Assembly (NCBI GenBank): GCA_963740635.1
Contig: CAVUEQ010000002.1
Location: forward strand, 1 to 39,610
Source: an uncultured bacterium
GTDB taxonomy: Bacteria; Patescibacteriota; Saccharimonadia; UBA4664
Direction of reading: 5' to 3'
Length of the DNA: 39,610 nt
This document shows, one piece after another, positions 35,698 through 39,610 of the stretch. Within the stretch, counting starts at the first letter, position 1. Every line of letters starts with the position of its first letter. A program made the position numbers and the translations under genes. A model generated the notes under the pieces. That model had not been told where the DNA came from. It saw only the letters and a list, made by a program, of their open reading frames with translations, and ran no database searches.

Positions 35698-35706
35698 TGG
35701 TATAAT
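35698..35706 (+). promoter_or_regulatory. Extended -10 box TGGTATAAT upstream of the 686-aa gene
   Basis: TGGTATAAT-taagcgtaagag-GTG(35719). An alternative start is GTG 35728, 6 nt after GAGGTG. Confidence 0.5.
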
Positions 35707-35718
35707 TAAGCGTAAGAG

Positions 35719-37779
35719 GTGAAGATTGTGTCTGACTTAATCGCGCGCACTGCCAGACTCGTCCCCTACGCTAAGCGTCCCAAGGCTAGCGCGAGCTTTG
35801 TGACGGCTTATGTTTATGAGCCCGAAGCCGATGAAGCCGGCTCCTCTCTAGGCAACCTCTACGTTGCGGTCGAAGTCCTGATTTCGGGCCGGGCCAGCGA
35901 AGAAGTTGTTGACCTCGTCATCCAAACCGTCGGCGATAAATACTATAATGAACAGCCGGACGAAAACGACGCCCTGGCCCGCTTCGAGGCCGCCATCAAG
36001 CAGACCAACCACGAGCTGTCGGAATATGTGGGGCGCGGCAACGCCGCCTGGATCGGCAAGCTCAGCGCCGTACTGGCAGTCCAATGCGCTGGGGAGCTCC
36101 ACGTGGCCCAAACTGGTTCCGCGGAGGCCTTCCTGTACCGCGGCAAAGCCGTCTCGCGGATCACCCAAACCGACACCGCCAAGCCCTCCACGCCGTCGAA
36201 AACCTTTGGTTCGATCGCCACCGGCGACCTCCAAGCCGGCGACAAATTCCTGCTGGCTACCCCGGCCCTGATACACCAGGTCCCCCTCGAGAAACTCCAA
36301 ACCATCGTCGCAAGCACCAGCCCCAACACGGCCATTGCCGAAATCAGCCAATTGCTGTCCGGCGCCAACACGAGCCGCATTGCCGCCATCGTCGTCGAAG
36401 TCACCACGCCCGAACTGGCGGCCCTCAAGGTGCGTTCCGATGAACCGGCCGAGATCGAGCTGGCGGGAGGCGAAACCTTCGCCGAAGCAGCCATCAATGC
36501 CGCCGCCCCCATTGCTAAAACCTCGGCCGGTAGCGCCCTGGCCGGCGCCCGCGCCGCGCTCGGCACCGCCAAACGCCTCCAGCCCAAACTCCAGTCGGCG
36601 GGCTTGCGGTTCGCGGCTCTCTTGCGCCACGGCCTCAGCACCAAATCCGGGCGCCGCCTGGCGTTGGCTCTCCTCATCGCACTTATCTTCGTCATGGGCC
36701 TCGCTGTCTGGCGCGCCAACTCCGGCGCCGCCTCTACCAAGCAGTTCAACAGCTATCAAAGCCTCTTCGCCGGCTATACCAAAGCCACGGCCGCGGCTGC
36801 GTCGGGGGACAAAGCCGGCGCGCGGCAGCAACTAACCTCCATCCAAACCGCTCTTTCCAAACTGGGCCAAAACGAAGCCGGCATCAACAGCGCCCTGAAA
36901 AACAACCCGCTGCTCGAAGGCGAGCCGACCTCGGTCGCCGGTTTTAAAACCCTGATTGCCGGCCAACTCGACCTTCTCGAAGGCCTTGTCACCGTCACCC
37001 CGCTGACGGTCGCGGAAGTCGGCGGTAAAAATGGCCGCCCCACTCACTTTGAATCGGATGGGGCCCACGCTTACGTCATTGACGCCGCCGATCACAACCA
37101 AATCTCTATCATTAATCTCTCCACCGGCGACCAACGCGATAGCAAAGCCGACGCTAGATCACTAGGTGATGTAATAAACACAACACTTTCAGCTACCGGC
37201 GACGGCATGTTTATCCTCACCGCCAAACCCTCTGTTTGGTTCTACAAATTCTCATCCGACTCGCTGTCGCAGCAAAATTTGGCCTACGGTGATTGGCCAA
37301 AATCCCATGCTTTAGCCTCGTACGCTTCCAACTTGTACCTCTTGGGCGACACCACAATTTACAAGCAAGTGCGCAATTCCAATGGTTACTCTCCCAAGAC
37401 TGATTACATTTCTACAACATCCAGCAGCAACACTGGTCCCAATACAGGACTAGCCGTCGATGGTTGGGTCTACGTATTAAACGCCTCCGGACTTCACCGC
37501 TACCTCGGCACCAGCCTTAAACAATCGGCCACCGCCCCGCAGGCATTGGGCGCTCTGACCAATTTGCGGTCTCAGGCCAACGGCGGCCTCTTAGTTGCGA
37601 CCAGTCAAAGCTCAGGCCGCATCGCGGTCTGGAGTGCCACGAACGACAAACTCACCTTTGACAAGCAGATGGCACTCAGCGATGGCAAAAAACTGTACGA
37701 CGCCGCCTACGACCAAAATACCGGCCGGATTTTTGCCACCGTCGATAACCGTCTCGTGAGTTTTTCGTTCAAGCGCTAA
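35719..37779 (+). CDS. Membrane protein (686 aa): cytoplasmic PP2C-like domain lacking the usual catalytic motifs, one TM helix, and a ~350-aa extracytoplasmic Ser/Thr/Asn/Tyr-rich (beta-rich?) domain
   Basis: HVAQTGSAEAFLYRGKAVSRITQ and GDLQAGDKFLLATPALIHQV resemble the PP2C core strands, but with GDS and SDGL replaced. The TM is LALALLIALIFVMGLAVW. The start codon is uncertain (35719 or 35728). Confidence 0.7.
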   Translation: MKIVSDLIARTARLVPYAKRPKASASFVTAYVYEPEADEAGSSLGNLYVAVEVLISGRASEEVVDLVIQTVGDKYYNEQPDENDALARFEAAIKQTNHELSEYVGRGNAAWIGKLSAVLAVQCAGELHVAQTGSAEAFLYRGKAVSRITQTDTAKPSTPSKTFGSIATGDLQAGDKFLLATPALIHQVPLEKLQTIVASTSPNTAIAEISQLLSGANTSRIAAIVVEVTTPELAALKVRSDEPAEIELAGGETFAEAAINAAAPIAKTSAGSALAGARAALGTAKRLQPKLQSAGLRFAALLRHGLSTKSGRRLALALLIALIFVMGLAVWRANSGAASTKQFNSYQSLFAGYTKATAAAASGDKAGARQQLTSIQTALSKLGQNEAGINSALKNNPLLEGEPTSVAGFKTLIAGQLDLLEGLVTVTPLTVAEVGGKNGRPTHFESDGAHAYVIDAADHNQISIINLSTGDQRDSKADARSLGDVINTTLSATGDGMFILTAKPSVWFYKFSSDSLSQQNLAYGDWPKSHALASYASNLYLLGDTTIYKQVRNSNGYSPKTDYISTTSSSNTGPNTGLAVDGWVYVLNASGLHRYLGTSLKQSATAPQALGALTNLRSQANGGLLVATSQSSGRIAVWSATNDKLTFDKQMALSDGKKLYDAAYDQNTGRIFATVDNRLVSFSFKR

Positions 37780-37792
37780 TTCCCAATTCCTC

Positions 37793-39490
37793 TTAGAGCC
37801 GGTCCGGCGCGTCAATCCCCAACACCTCCAGCCCGCCGCGCAGAACCCCGGCATACGTCTCAACCAACCCCAACCGCAGATCCTCCCGCTTATCGCCCAG
37901 CACGCGGTTCGTCTCATAGAACCGGTTAAACGTCTGTGCCAGCTCATATAAGTATGTGCATATGTGATGAGGCCTCAATTCGTCCACCGAGCGTTGTACG
38001 ACATCACTGAATTCCGCGAGTTTGGATGTCAGCACTCGTTCCCCGGCCTCCAGGCTTCCCCCGCCCAGCCCGCCAGTCACTTTGCCATGGCTCTTGGCCA
38101 GGATGCTGCGCGCGCGGGCGTGGGCATACTGGATGTACGGACCACTGTTACCGTCCAGACTCACGGACTCATCCGGAATAAACACAATATCGGAGCCGAT
38201 CCGGTGCTTCAAAAAGCTGTACTTCACCGCCGCCAACACTACTGCCATATCGTCCTTGCCACTGGCTTCGCGGTTAGCTTCTGCTGTCAGTTCGATCACG
38301 TCCATCGCTTGTAGAATGTTGCCTTTGCGCGAACTCATCTTCACCCCGCCCGCCAGCTTTACATTGCCATGCGTAATGTGGATCGTCCGCTTTACCAGCT
38401 CCGGCTCAAACAGTTCCAGGCTCTTCAGCACGACCTTCATATAATCGGTAATCTCACTACTCGTAATCACGATCGACCGGTCAAAGTGGTAATCACGCCA
38501 CTTGGCTTGTATCACCCCGACGTCCTTGGCCTCATACGTTGGCAAGCCTTGGCTCGTAATGAACACGCGGGTATGCAAGCCATAGGGCTCGCCCTCAAAT
38601 ACCACGGCGCCGTCGCTCTCCTTATATACACCCCGCTTCAGCTGCGCGCGCACTGTAGCCAACCCAATCGGTGCGGCTTCGCTCTCCGGATAGTAGCGTT
38701 CAAATCCGCTGCCGATACTGGCATAAAAATCCTTGAAATAAGCGTAGCTCCACTCCCGGCAGGTCCAGTACACCTTGGCCAAACCCGAGGCATGGTCGTC
38801 ATGAGCATGAATCTCGTAGATGGCTGCGTTTAACTTCTCAATTGCGGTCTTGGCAGTAGCGTCTTCGGCATAGGCCTGCTCGCCGGCTACATAACAAGCG
38901 GCCATCCACTCGGGACGCGATTTAGCCGGCACTTTATCAAGTTTTGCCGGATGCTCACCTCCGAGCTCTTTCAGGATGGCCCACATCGTCTTGGCCACAT
39001 GCAGCCCCACGTCACCGCCAAAGTTAACCGGGTGGGCCTCACCGCCCGCCGCCCGCACCAAATTACTGACGGCGTCGCCCACCACAGTGGTGTAAAGGTG
39101 ACCCACATGCAAAACCTTAAAAGGATTCGGATCCGAATACTCGCTCACAACTTTCTGGCCGGCAAATCCGCCGGGCTTAAATTTGGCCGCCGCCTCAGCG
39201 CTCTCAAGCACCGCCGCATCATCTAGCGTGATATTAATGAATCCCGGCCCCGCTACCTCGGCCCGCGCAATTTGCGGACTACCCGACTTTATGGCCGCCG
39301 CCAGTTTCCCAGCCAGCTCCAGCGGCGGTTTCCCGAGCACTTTGGCATAAACCATGGCCGCATTGGTCGCGAAGTCTCCGTGCTCCGGGTCCGCCGGCAC
39401 GCTCACGACCAACCGGCCCAGGTCCAGCTCACCCCCCAGTGCTTTCACTACCGCTGCCTTAATATGTTGCTCGAGCTGGATACGCGTCAT
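37793..39490 (-). CDS. argS: Arginyl-tRNA synthetase (565 aa from the MTRIQLEQHIK start)
   Basis: SEYSDPNPFKVLHVGHLYTTVVGD (HIGH region), MSSRKGN (KMSK-like) and the C-terminal anticodon-binding domain. The ATG at 39490 was chosen because a promoter box sits 10 nt upstream. Confidence 0.93.
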   Translation of the reverse strand: MTRIQLEQHIKAAVVKALGGELDLGRLVVSVPADPEHGDFATNAAMVYAKVLGKPPLELAGKLAAAIKSGSPQIARAEVAGPGFINITLDDAAVLESAEAAAKFKPGGFAGQKVVSEYSDPNPFKVLHVGHLYTTVVGDAVSNLVRAAGGEAHPVNFGGDVGLHVAKTMWAILKELGGEHPAKLDKVPAKSRPEWMAACYVAGEQAYAEDATAKTAIEKLNAAIYEIHAHDDHASGLAKVYWTCREWSYAYFKDFYASIGSGFERYYPESEAAPIGLATVRAQLKRGVYKESDGAVVFEGEPYGLHTRVFITSQGLPTYEAKDVGVIQAKWRDYHFDRSIVITSSEITDYMKVVLKSLELFEPELVKRTIHITHGNVKLAGGVKMSSRKGNILQAMDVIELTAEANREASGKDDMAVVLAAVKYSFLKHRIGSDIVFIPDESVSLDGNSGPYIQYAHARARSILAKSHGKVTGGLGGGSLEAGERVLTSKLAEFSDVVQRSVDELRPHHICTYLYELAQTFNRFYETNRVLGDKREDLRLGLVETYAGVLRGGLEVLGIDAPDRL

Positions 39491-39500
39491 TACGAGCCGA

Positions 39501-39509
39501 ATTATACCA
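39501..39509 (-). promoter_or_regulatory. Extended -10 box TGGTATAAT, 10 nt upstream of the argS ATG
   Basis: The minus strand reads TTTTTGGTATAAT-tcggctcgta-ATG. Confidence 0.5.
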
Positions 39510-39519
39510 AAAACCAGGA

Positions 39520-39525
39520 TATAAT
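39520..39525 (+). promoter_or_regulatory. -10 box TATAAT, 8 nt upstream of ATG 39534
   Basis: TATAAT-gaggcatt-ATG, back-to-back with the argS box in a 43-nt divergent gap. Confidence 0.4.
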
Positions 39526-39533
39526 GAGGCATT

Positions 39534-39610
39534 ATGAAGCTGCTAGCCAAAAACCGCCGCGCCACCTTCGACTACGAGCAATACGCAACGGAACCAGTGC
39601 CAACAAAAAA
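39534..39610 (+). CDS. 5' end (25 codons) of a plus-strand gene, possibly SmpB-like
   Basis: The translation is MKLLAKNRRATFDYEQYATEPVPTK. NRRAxxDYE resembles the SmpB N-terminus, but the next residues do not fit well. It is cut by the window edge. Confidence 0.3.
   Translation, partial: MKLLAKNRRATFDYEQYATEPVPTK

Overview
This is a 39.6-kb, very gene-dense bacterial chromosomal segment with about 30 CDS and one tRNA, mostly on the minus strand, with many 1-17 nt gene overlaps. The housekeeping backbone is gyrB-gyrA, a small membrane protein with pheS-pheT, trpS, argS, marR-rmuC, and a translationally coupled trpR/yerC-like-hisG-hisH-hisA-hisF-hisIE operon. Accessory-looking content includes an LPXTG surface protein, a YkuD L,D-transpeptidase and a GH130 enzyme. 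It also includes a pentapeptide-repeat protein with a PEP-utilising (rifampin-phosphotransferase-like) enzyme, and a UvrD-helicase/PD-(D/E)XK nuclease with a SprT/DUF45-like Zn-protease and an unknown protein. Four items stand out. (1) A 1,945-codon gene fuses a TraD/VirD4-like P-loop ATPase to a ~1,135-residue Pro/Ala-rich tail. It sits in a 3-gene operon with a Pro-rich mini-protein that shares a DPYA motif with the tail. (2) A ~0.5-kb highly structured non-coding unit has its own promoter and intrinsic terminator, lies just upstream of a small 4-TM protein gene, and could not be assigned to a known RNA family by eye. (3) The his operon contains only the AICAR/IGP-forming steps, behind a TrpR-like regulator and a palindromic operator. 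(4) TGnTAnAAT boxes recur 6-10 nt upstream of start codons, which implies leaderless mRNAs. No CRISPR array, rRNA, transposase or integrase was seen. GC content is mosaic. Hand counts of single 60-nt lines gave about 42-50% in lysA, the PEP/pentapeptide genes and the 3' third of the 686-aa gene, against about 60-68% in trpS and his genes. The taxonomic impression (a monoderm-type, possibly Patescibacteria/Saccharibacteria-like genome) is inference only.
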